64,000 nucleotides of DNA. Origin: Octopus sinensis (Eukaryota). This document shows, one piece after another, positions 1-13,418 of this stretch. Every line of letters starts with the position of its first letter. The stretch's first letter is position 1. The notes below the pieces were generated by a model. The model was not told the DNA's origin and ran no database searches. It saw nothing but the letters and a program-made list of their open reading frames with translations. The stretch spans positions 47,988,001 to 48,052,000 of the forward strand of contig NC_042998.1 of NCBI RefSeq assembly GCF_006345805.1, in the 5' to 3' direction. The translations under genes were made by a program, and so were the position numbers.

Positions 1-44
1 AGAAATACCTTAGGAATGAGAACCCAGGTTCGAAATTTCCCCAA

Positions 45-90
45 GACACCTGATGAAGGCTGGAGGGGATATCAGCCGAAACGTTGTTTT
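45..90 (+). ncRNA. Minimal type I hammerhead ribozyme motif in a Penelope-like terminal repeat fragment
   Basis: CTGATGA at 50-56, extra A, stem II GGCTG/CAGCC (58-62/73-77), GAAA at 78-81, palindromic stem III AACGTT, and stem I GACAC/GTTTT with one mismatch. Confidence 0.6.
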
Positions 91-260
91 AACAACAAAC
101 AAGATGAGGACAAATATCGGCAAAAGACATCGATAGAAAAAGTACTGGGCTTAAAGATAAATAAGTGGTGGTGACGACTAGTTGGACTAAAACCCTTCAA
201 AGCGGTGCACCAAGCCGCAGCCAAATGATTAAAATAAGTAAAATAGTAAAAGAATATATG

Positions 261-745
<485 letters not shown>

Positions 746-1181
746 GGTATAAAACGGAAAAGAGATATGGATGGAAGGAAGATGTAAGATTAAGAATTTC
801 CTTTCCGAATAGAAGGGAAACTAACGCATAGCCACGTGTGCAAAGTGTGTGTATATGTATTCTGATAGCTTGAAATATGCAGCAAATTTTGTGCACGGTA
901 ACATAGTTAATGCACCTGTGTAAACATGTGGCCTACCCACGTCATATGTTCTGGGGGCCCCCCTTCTCCATCCTTCTTATCAACCTGTAATATTTCCAGA
1001 TATATATAAAACACGCATAGAGTATTCCGTTTCTTCAATTCACCCTCAAGCAATTTATTCACTGTCCATGTCACACCTGCTTATACTTCCGGTTATTTTA
1101 AACCTTCTTAAACATCAACAACAACGACAGCTGTAGCAGCAACAACGTTGCTAACTCTATGGCCACTAACCACCAACACTT

Positions 1182-1350
1182 GTGGAGGCACATGGCCTAG
1201 TGGTGAGAGCAGCGGACTCGCGATCGAGAGATCGCGATCGCGAGTTCGAATCTCAGACCGAGTGATGTGTGTGTGTATTTATGAGCGTAACACCTAAGCT
1301 CCCACGCGGCTCCGACATAAGGTAATGGCCAACTTCTGCTGACTCTTTCG
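1182..1350 (+). mobile_element. tRNA-headed SINE fragment (family B2-like)
   Basis: A-box-like TGGCCTAGTGG and B-box-like GAGTTCGAATC; similar to the copy at 40510-40892. Confidence 0.6.
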
Positions 1351-1666
1351 CCAACACTACAAGCAACACATGAAAAAAAAAGAGTGCTTCTACGTGGTCG
1401 TACCATCTGTTAGTAACAGCAGCAACCAAATCTTCCTCAAAAAATTGCTCCCTGTCGTCAGCTTAAAGAGGACGAAAACATAGCGTGTGTCACTTCCCGA
1501 ATAAAGGACAAAGTGTAAGGCTGGAATGCATCCGATCAAAAGTTTGCAGGCGCATAGCTGACATGAAGCTAAACAGCAAAAACAACAAATACAGCAACAG
1601 CAACAACAACAGCAACAACAATAGCATGCCAATGATATCAGTTTTATTTAATTACCCATCCATATA

Positions 1667-2175
1667 TCTTTATATATAAAAGTGAAGTTGTGTGTCTGTC
1701 TCCTACGATTTAGATTCCTAACTACTCCCAAATTTTGCGGTGCAGTTTAACCAAATTCGGGTATCTTATAGTCGTGATTCATATCAAGCCCGTCTGGGTA
1801 TTAGCGCGCGTCTACGATGAGTCTACGATTTTAAAAATAATTTAACATCATTTTTTATTCCATTTTAATGCATAATTTTTCGTGTGTCGATGGCGGCGGA
1901 GTTGGCGTCCATTGTCACACCTGCACCTGTTTGCTTCTCCCCCTTCTTCCCTCCCTCGTGAAGCTGTGTGGAAGGGAGCGTAAAGAAATCAACGTCGTAA
2001 AGCGTTGTCAAGGAGACCAGCGTTCTTTTAGAACAACGACTTCATGGCTTGAAGACACCAAAACAGAAATGGCTAAGAAAGCCCGAATTGGCATCTATAA
2101 GGGAAGTAACTCTCTAAAAATGCTTATATAGTTATTTCCCTTACAAACCCGAGCAACGCCGGGCGATACTGCTAG
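1667..2175 (+). mobile_element. Non-autonomous Helitron, variant internal sequence
   Basis: 5' TC, 3' CTAG, inserted between A and T; subterminal hairpin CCCGAGCAACGCCGGG at 2148-2163; termini shared with 7029-7417. Confidence 0.8.
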
Positions 2176-2461
2176 TATTATATAAATTATTGTTCCAGGT
2201 GGCGAGTATTATATACTAAAGAAGTAGAAAGCTTTCGGCAACTGACTCCATTACTTAGTTATTGATTCCCGATTTGAAGTCAATTCGCTTCACTTTTACT
2301 TTTCATTCCTTTGAAGAAAAATATAAAACGCATGGTAGTCACACACAACCATCCTCCCCACATTGCCAGCAAAAGGACACCAACAAAATGCAAAATTCTG
2401 GGGTTCACCAGAATAGACAAAAAAAAAAAAGGCAAACCTAGTGATTGTTTATTTATTTTTT

Positions 2462-2661
2462 TACTTGTTTTTAGTCATTTGACTGCGGCCATGCTGGAGC
2501 ACCGTCTTTAGTCGAACAAATCGAACTCAGGAGTTATTCTTTGTAAGCCTGGTACTTATTCTATCTTTCCCTTTTGCCGAACTGCTAAGTTACGGGGACG
2601 TAAACACACCAGCATCGGTTGTCAAGCGATGATTGAGGAACAAACACAGACGCACACATTC

Positions 2662-2665
<4 letters not shown>
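2462..2665 (-). mobile_element. SINE family C, 3' half
   Basis: Matches the 3' half of the copies at 32801-33197 and 47768-48172. Confidence 0.75.
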
Positions 2666-2694
<29 letters not shown>

Positions 2695-3010
2695 GAGGCG
2701 CAATGACCCAGTGGCTAGGGCAGCAGATTCGCGGTCGTTGGATCGCGGTTTCGATTCATACATACATACATACATACATTTATATTGAAAGCAACCGATC
2801 AATACAGGGAATTCTCGACCGGCGCTTTCGGGCGATTACAGTCTCTGTCAGTACATATGCATACAATTATGCGATTTAATTACAGCATTAGAACTTTTTA
2901 GCTCTTACTTCTAGTTTTCCTTTTGGCAAAGCATTGCACACTGCTGTCTATATTAAATTATTATTATTATTATTATTATTATTATTGTTGTTGTTGTTGT
3001 TGTTGTTGTT

Positions 3011-3050
<40 letters not shown>

Positions 3051-3254
3051 TCTTTATCATCTTTCAATTCTGTCTCTATTTCTTGCTGAGTGTCTTCTTG
3101 ACACCTAGGGCAGAGAAACGAACTGTATACATTGGTAAGCCATTAAAATAAACACACTACATTGTTCATTTGCAAAGTCATGTGATAGAGAAAATGAAGA
3201 AGAAAGACAGAGGGAAAAGGAAAAAATAAGAAATAAAGAAAGTAAACTAAGAAA

Positions 3255-3935
3255 ATAAAGGAATGTTCTTCTCATTCTGTGTGATGTACCAGTTAAAACA
3301 ATCTTTTTCACCTCCTGCATGGATGGTAAGCCAGGGATCATTCTTAAATAATTTTCAGTTCCTTTTTTATATCATTCCAAGTGCCCCTACAATCATTGGT
3401 ATTGTAATTGTTTTGAGATACCACATCTTTTCGATTTCGATTAGCAAATGTTTATATTTTCTGAACATATCAAATTCTTAAGCCGAGATATGGTCACAGG
3501 GTATGATCATGTCAATCAATAAACAGATTTTATTGGTCTTTTAAAACAATATCTTGCTTATTTGCTTTGATGGTCCGGTCTGTACATACTGGGAAATCCC
3601 AAGGAATAGATACATTTTCTCCCTCAGTCACAACCTCAGGGTGGTGCTTGTACCATTTGTCAGCAGTTTTGGTTTTATAATGTCGACACATTATCCAATG
3701 TAGATATTGGCCAACTCTGTATTGTCTTGATTTGTACTCAACAGGTGCTAAAACCTTACACCCAGGGATTAGGTGATTCGCTGTTTCAATCCCATCGCTG
3801 TGGTATCGGCACTTTAGGTCTACATAATTTTTCATCACATTGTCTTGATAGTTCCAGGTCAATAAGCTCTGATCTTAAGCAGACAAGATAGAGCCTTCAC
3901 TCTCTGCCTTTAGCCCTGAGCTCCGTAGTCACTGA
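3255..3935 (-). mobile_element. R4/Dong-like non-LTR retrotransposon 3' fragment (zinc knuckle + restriction-like endonuclease), degenerate
   Basis: Minus-strand peptides CRYHSDGIETANHLIPGCKVLAPVEYKSR..LHW..WDFPVCTDRTIKANKQDIV, then LLIDMIIP..KYKHLLIEIEKMW..IVGALG. This is the C-terminal signature of RLE-type LINEs, with stops and frameshifts. Confidence 0.85.
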
Positions 3936-3960
3936 TAGGTGTGCTTCTGGTCTACATCAG

Positions 3961-4049
<89 letters not shown>

Positions 4050-4063
4050 TATAATTATTATTA

Positions 4064-4124
<61 letters not shown>

Positions 4125-4909
4125 GCATGTATGTATGAACTCGATATTGATTTTATAACCCAGCTTTGGGAAATGTATGAAAGCTGTAAATTCCACTTAC
4201 ATCTTATCAAAATAAAAACAAAGGAATTTACATGATTTGTGCATGTGGGTGTAACTGTCACGAATAGCTTGACAATGAAGGCTCCGTCATATATAATTAA
4301 TCTTAGTTTACTGCTTGGCGACAAAGACTTCGGTATTTCTTTGACGATTCGGTGTTTATAGGATTATATATACCTCAGTAAAGCTAACGTGTTCTTTGTC
4401 TCAATGATACACTGTTATTCCCATGATACATTTCTCTGCAATGAGATACCGATCTTATCCTAAATCACAGGATTGATTCGCTCAGTTGTAGCAGTGAGTC
4501 AAAGCTCTAGTTCTGATCGCTGACCAGTTGCCCTAATTTCGTTAGTAAGTCCTTCAAATTCGGTCAATGTTTTTGTATTGATCCCAAACTGCGTGATATG
4601 AGATAAATATTTCATTGTGTTCATTACACTTAAGTCAAGAAAAAAAGAAACAAAAAAAAAAAAAACTTATTCTCTGTTCTGGAAAATTAATTCATCTAAT
4701 CTTGGTCAATAATTAATTCAGCGATACAAAGTAACAGAGCTATTTTTTGGATACCGTCCCATTATGCTTCATTAAGCTGTTGAGCCCCAATTCAATACCT
4801 AATCGAGCAAGCCAGTAATAAAAGTTATTCCATCTATGAACACCTTACATTTTCTCAAGCATTGCTTATCCTACACTACGTTATACGCGTTGTTTTTTTT
4901 TTATCCCTT

Positions 4910-5225
4910 TTAACCCCTTACCCAACAATTATTTTGAAAATAAATGTATTTTTTCAGACATATTTTTTAATTGTTTTATTTTACTATGTTTTGAATGGTG
5001 ATTTCGAGGTATATTTCAAACCTTATTTATTATGAATTTTAATTCAATAATATTGATTTTAAATTACTGCTTTGGGCAGAAACGAGTTAACCCGTTTTTA
5101 GACGAAGGAACTCGTTTGCTGTCGATTTTGGTGAGTCTATCTTTTGACGAGTTAACTCGCCAGAGATAGAAAAAAACGATTTCGGTCAAAACGTATATAT
5201 TCGTTTCTGCCGGGTAAGGGGTTAA
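4910..5225. mobile_element. piggyBac-like MITE
   Basis: TTAACCCCTTACCC at 4910-4923 and its exact reverse complement at 5212-5225, with TTAA at both ends. Confidence 0.55.
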
Positions 5226-5934
5226 AACTAACCCGCCTGAGAAACCCCTAATTCTATAGTTAAAAACTTCTTGTTTGAAATGTGATGAAAATTTTTTTAA
5301 TATTTTCAAAATTTCATGCTAATTTATGTTCCAAACCAGCTTAATTTTTATTTTTATTTTGGCACAATGCCAGCCATTTTCAGGGTGGGAGACAAATCGA
5401 TTCCAGTACAAGGCTGGTAATTGTTATAACGTAAGACGAATAATGATATTGTGCTCAGATAATAACTTTATAAGCGAACGAAGAAAACATTGCATTACGT
5501 CTGTCTTTATGTTCTGAGTTCAAATTCCGTCGAGGTCGACTCTATCTTTCGGAGTCGATAAAATTAAGTACTGATTATGTACTGGAGTCGATACAATCCA
5601 ATTATTCCCCTCCCCTGAAATTCCTGACCTTGAGCCAAAATTTTAAACCATTTAGAACGTGTTATACGAGTGAAATTTTTAACAAGTTTAGTAACTATTT
5701 TGAAGCTCCATCGTTGGCTGAATGTTTGCTACGCAAATGACATAGGGACCAAATAGGAATTATTTGCTTTCAGTGTTGTAGGTTAGGTATTCAAACGAAG
5801 CTAAGTTATGCGAAAGAAGTACAATAAATAAATCAAAATCAGACAGATTAAATTTTTCCTAAGTCCACATTTATTGCATTTTTTTCAACGCAATAGGTTT
5901 TAACCTTAATCCAGAGAGAAAGAGAGAAAGAGAA

Positions 5935-5995
<61 letters not shown>

Positions 5996-6284
5996 GTTGT
6001 TGTATTAGCTAAATGTTATTTGAAAATTAAGTTTCATCTTACCACCAGTTTCGTGTTTAGTTGGTATCTATTACTGTATTAGTGCGGATAGATTATCCAT
6101 TCTAATTAAAGTGGAAAGGTTTTGAAACTTGTGGTATTTCTTAATATCGGTAAGGATTTAAATATATCTAAATTCAGTTTATCTACATGGTCACACATAA
6201 ATGCATATATACATGCCTGCATGTATGTATGTATGTATGTATGTATGTATGTATGTATGTTGTATGTATGTATGTATGTATGTA

Positions 6285-6935
6285 TGTATCGCCTGTGCGA
6301 TCATCAAGCAAAGTTTTGCTCACATCCTCGTTGGAAGATGTTTCCGAGGCGTCTCTTTATTAAGAGAGCACGGGTTTGACTTGAGATGTCTAAGTAACAT
6401 GTGCATGATGTTTGCTTGCAGAAGGATTAAAGAAATGGGAAAATTGGTATCACCTACATTGAAAGGGACGTTGTTAGAAATGAAAGAAGCACATCCTTAA
6501 TGTAGAGGACGAATAGTGTATACACATCATAAGGGAAACATCTTTCGGTGTACCAGCATTGGCAGAGTGTGGACCAAAGTTCTAGTTTAGCACACACTAC
6601 AATGGTGCATTCTGAAAGGGTGCTGCTTATTCGGTGAGTAAGGGAAGATTGAAATTTCCTCGGTGAGAAATTCAGCTAACATGTTCTCATGCGAGTATGA
6701 TCAAAAGCTTGACTAGTGACATTTGTTGATTGCGAAGACATTACTTTCACTGAACCCTGCAAGGACGAAGACCCATTGAGGGGTGACTTAGGAGAGCAGG
6801 TTTCCATTCGTTGTGAATCTACGGAAGTTTTTACTGCTGGTCACCGAGGAGCGAAATGGACTTAAGAGGGTGTTGGAGAATATGATTGTTAACGAATGTG
6901 TTCATCCCTTTCGAAATGTTGAAAGTGATACCCAA
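6285..6935 (-). pseudogene. Possible heavily decayed retroelement ORF (Penelope-like?)
   Basis: Broken minus-strand peptides (WKP..SHP, MLAEFLT-RG, CKQTSCTC) loosely recall the Penelope RT-to-endonuclease linker; many stops. Confidence 0.25.
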
Positions 6936-7028
6936 TAACAGCTCAAATCAAGGAACAGTCTTACACCACATTGCAACTAAAACTTTTCGATTCGCGATTG
7001 TGCATCGTAGTGTTAGACCATAAGTTAA

Positions 7029-7417
7029 TCTCTATATATATAAAGCTGAAGTTGTCTGTGTATGGCAGGTTTGGTAGCCTTCAACTAACACTATCTCCTC
7101 CGAGACCCTGCGGCGCAAGTTGACCAAAATTGAGAATATGATAGAAGAAGGCTTGCTCTTCCTTTCGTAGAAGATAAAATTCAAATCGGACTATGTTAAC
7201 ACCAAAAATTATTTACATCAAAGAGGTGCATTTTTTCTATGAAAATCCCTATTTTTTACGATTTTTGACTGCTGTGTCGTCATTTTTCGGTGTATTTCAA
7301 TAAAAAAAATGTTCACTTAAAAAGAATAACAAGCTACATAATGCGAAATTTACTTTTCAAAAATTCCAATTCTAAAGGGTCGAAACAAACCCGAGCAACG
7401 CCGGGTGATACTGCTAG
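7029..7417 (+). mobile_element. Non-autonomous Helitron, full length
   Basis: A|TC...CTAG|T with 3' hairpin; near-identical to 31026-31414 (-) and 46120-46452. Confidence 0.88.
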
Positions 7418-7839
7418 TGGATTGATAAGTGGTAGCGTCAGAGAGTGGATGACCATTTTTGGCATTGTACACATTGTAGTATATGTCTAAATATGAAGAT
7501 AGATTCGTGTAGTGAGATAAAGAGTGAAGAATTTAGAGAAAGTTGCTCTGGGGTGGTATGGTGGAGTGGTGGTTGTGGTTGTGGTGGTGGTGGTGGTGAA
7601 CGTGATGTTGGTGGTAATATGGTGGTAATGGTGGCATTGATGGTGGTAATGATAGTAGTAGTGGTGGCGACGAGTGTTGATGATGACGATAATGGTTATA
7701 ATGGAAGTGATGATTGTGTTGGCATCGTGGTGGAGGTTGTCATCATGTTCCTGTGTTGGAAGTGAAACAAATATGTTGTGTGTGAGAGTGTATAAATGCC
7801 TCTCTGTGTGTGAGTGCGTGTGAGTGTGAGTAGTGAGTG

Positions 7840-8028
7840 TTAGAGTGATGAAAGAGTGGTAGATACAATCACAACTATGATGATGATGGCGACGACGACG
7901 ACGAAGATGGTGATGATGATGATGTTAATGATGTTGATAACGATAACGATCACGAAGAGGAGTGTGGGAGGGTTTGTGGTTGTGGTGGTGGTGGTGGTGA
8001 CAATGAAGACGACGACGACGACGACAAC

Positions 8029-8069
<41 letters not shown>

Positions 8070-8250
8070 CGACGACGACGACGACGATGATGATGATGAT
8101 ATGATGATGATGATGATGTTGATAATGATAATGATCACGAAGAGGAGTGTGGGAGGGTTTGTGGTGGTGGTGGTGGTGGTAATGGTGGTGGTGACAATGA
8201 ACGACGACGACGACAACGACGACGACGACGATGATGATGATGATGATAGG
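7840..8250. repeat. (GAT)n/(GAC)n/(GGT)n low-complexity tract with internal duplication
   Basis: ACGATCACGAAGAGGAGTGTGGGAGGGTTTGTGG occurs near 7947 and again near 8133. Confidence 0.85.
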
Positions 8251-9116
8251 GAAGAAAAGAGATGGATTTAATTTGTCGGTAGAGCATGGTTGGCAGATGC
8301 AGCTTGTCACCCGGTTAATACCAGCACCGGGTTCTTTGGTGCTTTTAACGGAACCCGCTCTGTTGCATACATTCGAGGAAGATCTCTGGTTAGAGAATAC
8401 ATTCCCCCCTTCCACCCCTCCCTCTATTCCTCCCCCTCTTCAACCAGTCTCGGATGCCATAAAAAGCGTATGAGCACAACCCATCCCTCTTGAATAAGTG
8501 ATAATAAAAAATCTGCTTCGAATCACAATAATTACTAAAATGAAGATGATGTGGCTACCGACATTGAACAGAAATGAAGCACATCAATACATCCATGCAT
8601 CCAAACATACATACATACATACATACATACATACATACATACATACATACATACATGCATACATACATACATACATACATACATACATACATACATACAT
8701 ACATACGTACGCACGTATGTACGCACGTACTTACCTACCTAGCTACCTATCTACCTGCCTTCCTGTCTACCTACCTACCTACATACATACATACATACAT
8801 ACATACATGCACACATACATACAGACATATATACGTACGTACCTATCTACCCAAATCCATACATACATACAAACATACATACATATATACGTACGTACGT
8901 ACAAAGATCCGTACATACATTCATACACACATGTATATGTATTATATATATATATACAAACAATCATACATTCACGCATACACACATAAATACACATATA
9001 CCTTGAAGATTTCATCGAAGGTGTGAGAAAGCAGCACGTTGGGAATGTAGCTGAAAGAGACTTAATATTTGAAAACTATATGTTGGCGTTTTCAAAGAAA
9101 GTCAATAATGTACGTG

Positions 9117-9224
<108 letters not shown>

Positions 9225-10088
9225 GAGTTGAGAGAGAGAGAGAGAGAGTTAAAAACGTCTAGGTTGACATATTAAACTGGCTTGCTTTAGCACAGAAAAT
9301 TCGTATAGCTATGAACGATAAGATGACTTAAGAGAAAATTATAGGTTTAGTTGTTTGCCTAAACTTTGTACCAATTGTTTCAACCATTTTCTCCAAAAAC
9401 CATAGCGATATTTAACAAGGTAGTGAATGATGAACAGACAGATGGAAAGAAGATAGTGTGAAGATGTGCCTTACCATATTTGAGCAATAAAACTGTGTGG
9501 AGTGAAGTAAGAAGTCACCGTTCAAATTTTGCGACAGTATGGATTGATTACACTAGGAAAAAATCTTTTTTGTTTTCTTATCCTTGTTCAGTAAGTGTTA
9601 TTTCCTATTTGCTTCTGTCTAGAAATCTAAGGAAATGATTGCTATATTGTTTTTGTGACCTGAAAATCAATGTTTTGAAACTGAACTATTTTCTGTTACA
9701 TTTCAGACAGATTCAGCGCTGAGTTGCTGGAGCACAAATATCGTTATAACAAATATTCTGCTCAATACCACAGATTTACTTGTCAGTTGCTTGACCTTAA
9801 CCACTTGAGCATACTCCTTAGCGGCGGACAATATGTGTATCTCTGATCATGAGCAGGAGTAATAGGGGAGCATCATAGACATGTAGAAGGATTGTTTGGG
9901 GTTTGAATAAATGCAAGAAAAGCGAAGTTTGAGGAAAATATTAGCAATTTTTCATGCTTTTTAGGGATAAGCAAATAGGAAATAGCAGTTACTAACCAAG
10001 GGAAAAATCGATTCTGGTATCAACTTATTTGGCAAAGTACTCCTCGCATTAGTTACTAGTATTTAAAAACTTACAATACCTGGTCAAC

Positions 10089-10352
10089 GTGGAGGCGCGT
10101 GGCTTAGTGGTTAGGGTGTCGGCATCATGATCGTAGGATTGTGGTTTCGATTCCTGGACCGGGCGACGCGTTGTGTTCTTGAGCAAAACACTTCATTTCT
10201 CATTGCTCAAGTCCACTCAGCTGGCAAAAATGAGTAGCGCTGCGATGGACTGGCGTCCCGTCCAGCTGGGGAACACATACGCCATAGAAACCGGGAAACC
10301 GGGCCCATGAGCCTTGGCCAGGCTTTAAAAGGGCGCATTCATTTATTATTTT
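10089..10352 (+). mobile_element. tRNA-headed SINE family B, full length
   Basis: A box TGGCTTAGTGG, B box GGTTTCGATTCC; 14-bp TSD AATACCTGGTCAAC at 10075-10088 and 10353-10366. Confidence 0.9.
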
Positions 10353-11639
10353 AATACCTGGTCAACAATCCTTATGCTTGTGGCTGAAAGCAGAACCATT
10401 GTCTCAGGTATTATAAATATTTCTAAAGAAATATTCGAAGACAGTCTGCTTCTAAGCTGATGTATATTGACTCTAAACCCACTGACATGTCTTTTTACAA
10501 AAGTCCAGTGATTGTGCGGCAACAAGAGACACCAAATCACCAATGTAAGCCATAATTTATTCGTGAATAAGATAAAAATTGGGAATATTTACCATGCTGA
10601 AGAAAGACTGGATTTAGTAGCAAGATTTTCAGCTTCTATAGTGATGGAAGTTGTCCAACAGAAATTCTTATCTAAGTTGAAAGCAAAATAAAATTTAAAA
10701 AAAAAAAACCGCTACACCAATAATCTTTCCTTCTTACCTGTTCCACACAAACAGTGTTACAAATATGGACGAAGACGTATTGTGCAAAGACAACATTACT
10801 AAACAATATTATCCCAGATTTGAAAAAAATATGGTAGTTGCAGCTTTCTTCTTTCATAAAGGCAATACCTCATAATCCTTGTGCATTACTAGTGTTGGTA
10901 TAAATACTTCAGGATGTTTTATTGGTCTATAAAGTAAGTTCTCTGTATAGCTATTAAAAATCGCAAAAACTCTTGATATCTACCGGAAGCTTCCACAGAA
11001 ACTGTGATATTAACTCTCTCTCTCTTTCTCTTTCTCTTTCTCTTTTCCTGCCTCTCTCTCTCTCTCCCTCTCATTCTCTCTCTCTCTCTCCCTCTCTCTC
11101 CTTCTCTCTCTCTCTCTCGAAGAAGAAGAAGAAGAAGAGAAGAAGAAGAAAGACTGGAGATAGTTTATGAGCAGTGAGTATTTTTGACTGTAGTCAAACA
11201 AATGTTCAAAAGTAAAGAACAAGCAGAAGAAGCATTTATTGATTGATTATCTTTCACACGGCACTAGAATTGTTTGACACTCATACCTCAGTAAAAATCC
11301 AGAAATGAAACACTGCATTCTTTTTTTTTTTAAATGGCCATTCCTCGTAAACTTCCAGACGATGTTAAAAGAAACAGGAAAAATCATAGATTGTTTCTCT
11401 CATGTATGTTACATCAGGTCATACGTGTAATGTTGTGGCTCTGCCAAACAAGACCAGAACATAATCACTATATACCTAATGAACATAAGTGACAGTAAAA
11501 TCCTTATTCCCGCTTTTTCACTTGAGTATCACATTTTTGTGAAAAAAAAAATATCACACATGAAATCAAGAGCTTCCAAACTATATCATTAAGGTTATAT
11601 TATCTTCTTAAATGAAATAGTGCTGCTATAGCAATCATC

Positions 11640-11785
11640 ATCATCATCATCATTATCATCCTTTAATGTCCATTTTCCATGCTGGCGTGGGTTGGACGGT
11701 TTGACCAGAGCTGGTAAGCCGGAGAGCTACACCAGGTTCCGGTCTGGTCTGATTTGGCTTAGTTTCTACGGCTGGATGCCCTTCA
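11640..11785 (-). mobile_element. Retroposon 3' end with (GAT)n tail (RTE-type tail)
   Basis: Minus strand reads GAAGGGCATCCAGCCGTAGAAAC...CAGCATGGAAAATGGACATTAAAGGATGATGATG; family assigned by recognition, single copy in window. Confidence 0.45.
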
Positions 11786-11949
11786 GTAGGAATGATTGCT
11801 CTGATATAGATAATAGAAATTCTTTTGTTGCCGAATGCATAGTATCAATCCAAGGAATATTTTTGCAATATTCCTTTCAAATCTTTGGCCAAGTGCAAAA
11901 ATAACCATAGTCCATAGTGAAACCTTTGTATTTCCTTCTCCTTGAAAGT

Positions 11950-12190
11950 CTTTCCGAGTCATACCGACTCGTAAGGGCCGGTTTCCGGGTTTCCATGACG
12001 TATAAACTCCCTATCTGGATGGACGCTGGTCTATCGCAGCGTTACTCATTTTTGTCACCTGAGTGGACTGGAGCATCGTAAAATGAAGTGTTTTGCTCAA
12101 GAACACAACGCGTCGCCCGGTCCAGTAATCGAAACCACAACTTACAATCATGAATCCAACACACTAACAACCAAGCCTCGCGCTTCCACC
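11950..12190 (-). mobile_element. SINE family B, diverged
   Basis: Reverse-complement similarity to 10089-10352. Confidence 0.75.
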
Positions 12191-12431
12191 CTCCTTCTTC
12201 TGTAGATTATCAAGAAGGCAATTCAAGATCACCATGATGATACGTACACTTGGCTTCTCATGAGGGAGCAGAACATCTCATGATGTGAACAGGAGATCAA
12301 AAATGAAATCTACGAACACATTCCACCCACCTCTACTACTGTAGCTCAATGCAGAGTAGGCTCGACAGATCACTGTTAGGGACTGAACGATAAATTATAT
12401 CATATGTTATATTTTCAAGAGTTTTTCTGTT

Positions 12432-13360
12432 TAATACATACGAAGACTATTCAACTTATTGGCAGTGGTACACATGAATTCAGGACATATAAAAGCTGAT
12501 ACACGCGGCGTGAGGAAAAGCATTTCTCTCGTAGCTGCTTGAAGAAGACAGTTTTTAGGACAGATATACATACATTTATACACACACACACATATAGAAT
12601 TAGGTATGTGTATATATACATGTACATACATACTTTATATATATGTGTATCAGCGTGTGTATATAAAAAAAAATTTCCGTTATGAGATAAAAGACAAAGG
12701 CTGTGTAGATTTTAGACATTACAGCTGTTTCTAGGATATTCATTATATCCCTTCATCGGATACAGTGTGAGAAGATGGTTAAGCAATAGCTAATTTAAAT
12801 AAGATAAGAATTATATATATATATCATATGTATTTCGACTCTGTCCGATGACTCGTTCGGTTTGATCAAATGCTCTTCATAAGGCGCACATATAACTTGC
12901 CATCATTGATTATTGATCGCAGAAACGTGTGCAACAGATTTAACAAAGGAATACATACGAAGACTATTCAACTTATTGGCAGAGATACACAAGCAATTCA
13001 GAACATAATAAAGCTGATACACGCGGAGTGAGGAAATGCATTTCTCATGTAGCTTCTTGAAGAAGATAGTTTTTAGGACAGATTTACATACATTTACGCA
13101 CACACACACACATGTATATATATGCATGTACATGCTGAAACCTCCTTCGGTCATGACTGACCGTGGGATTGCACCTAGAAAGTTACCCTCCTAGGCACAA
13201 GTCCGGGCAAGGTTGTTTATGGAAAACCAGCAGCCGCCCATGCATACCGGCCTCCCCTCTCCACGCCATCAGTGTTATCCAAGGGAGAGGCAACAGCAAA
13301 TACAGCTTGGCTTATATATATATATATATATATATATATGTCTATATATATATATATATA

Positions 13361-13418
<58 letters not shown>

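Noticed and set aside
8240-8470. Non-repetitive island; minus-strand VTSCICQPCST recalls a cystine-knot C-terminus
   Set aside because: Several frames are open on both strands, no consistent splice pair was found, and the motif is too short to support a call.
10089-10165. tRNA genes at SINE heads (also near 20302, 40820 and 57405)
   Set aside because: A and B boxes are present, but no complete cloverleaf or acceptor stem; each continues into a SINE body.
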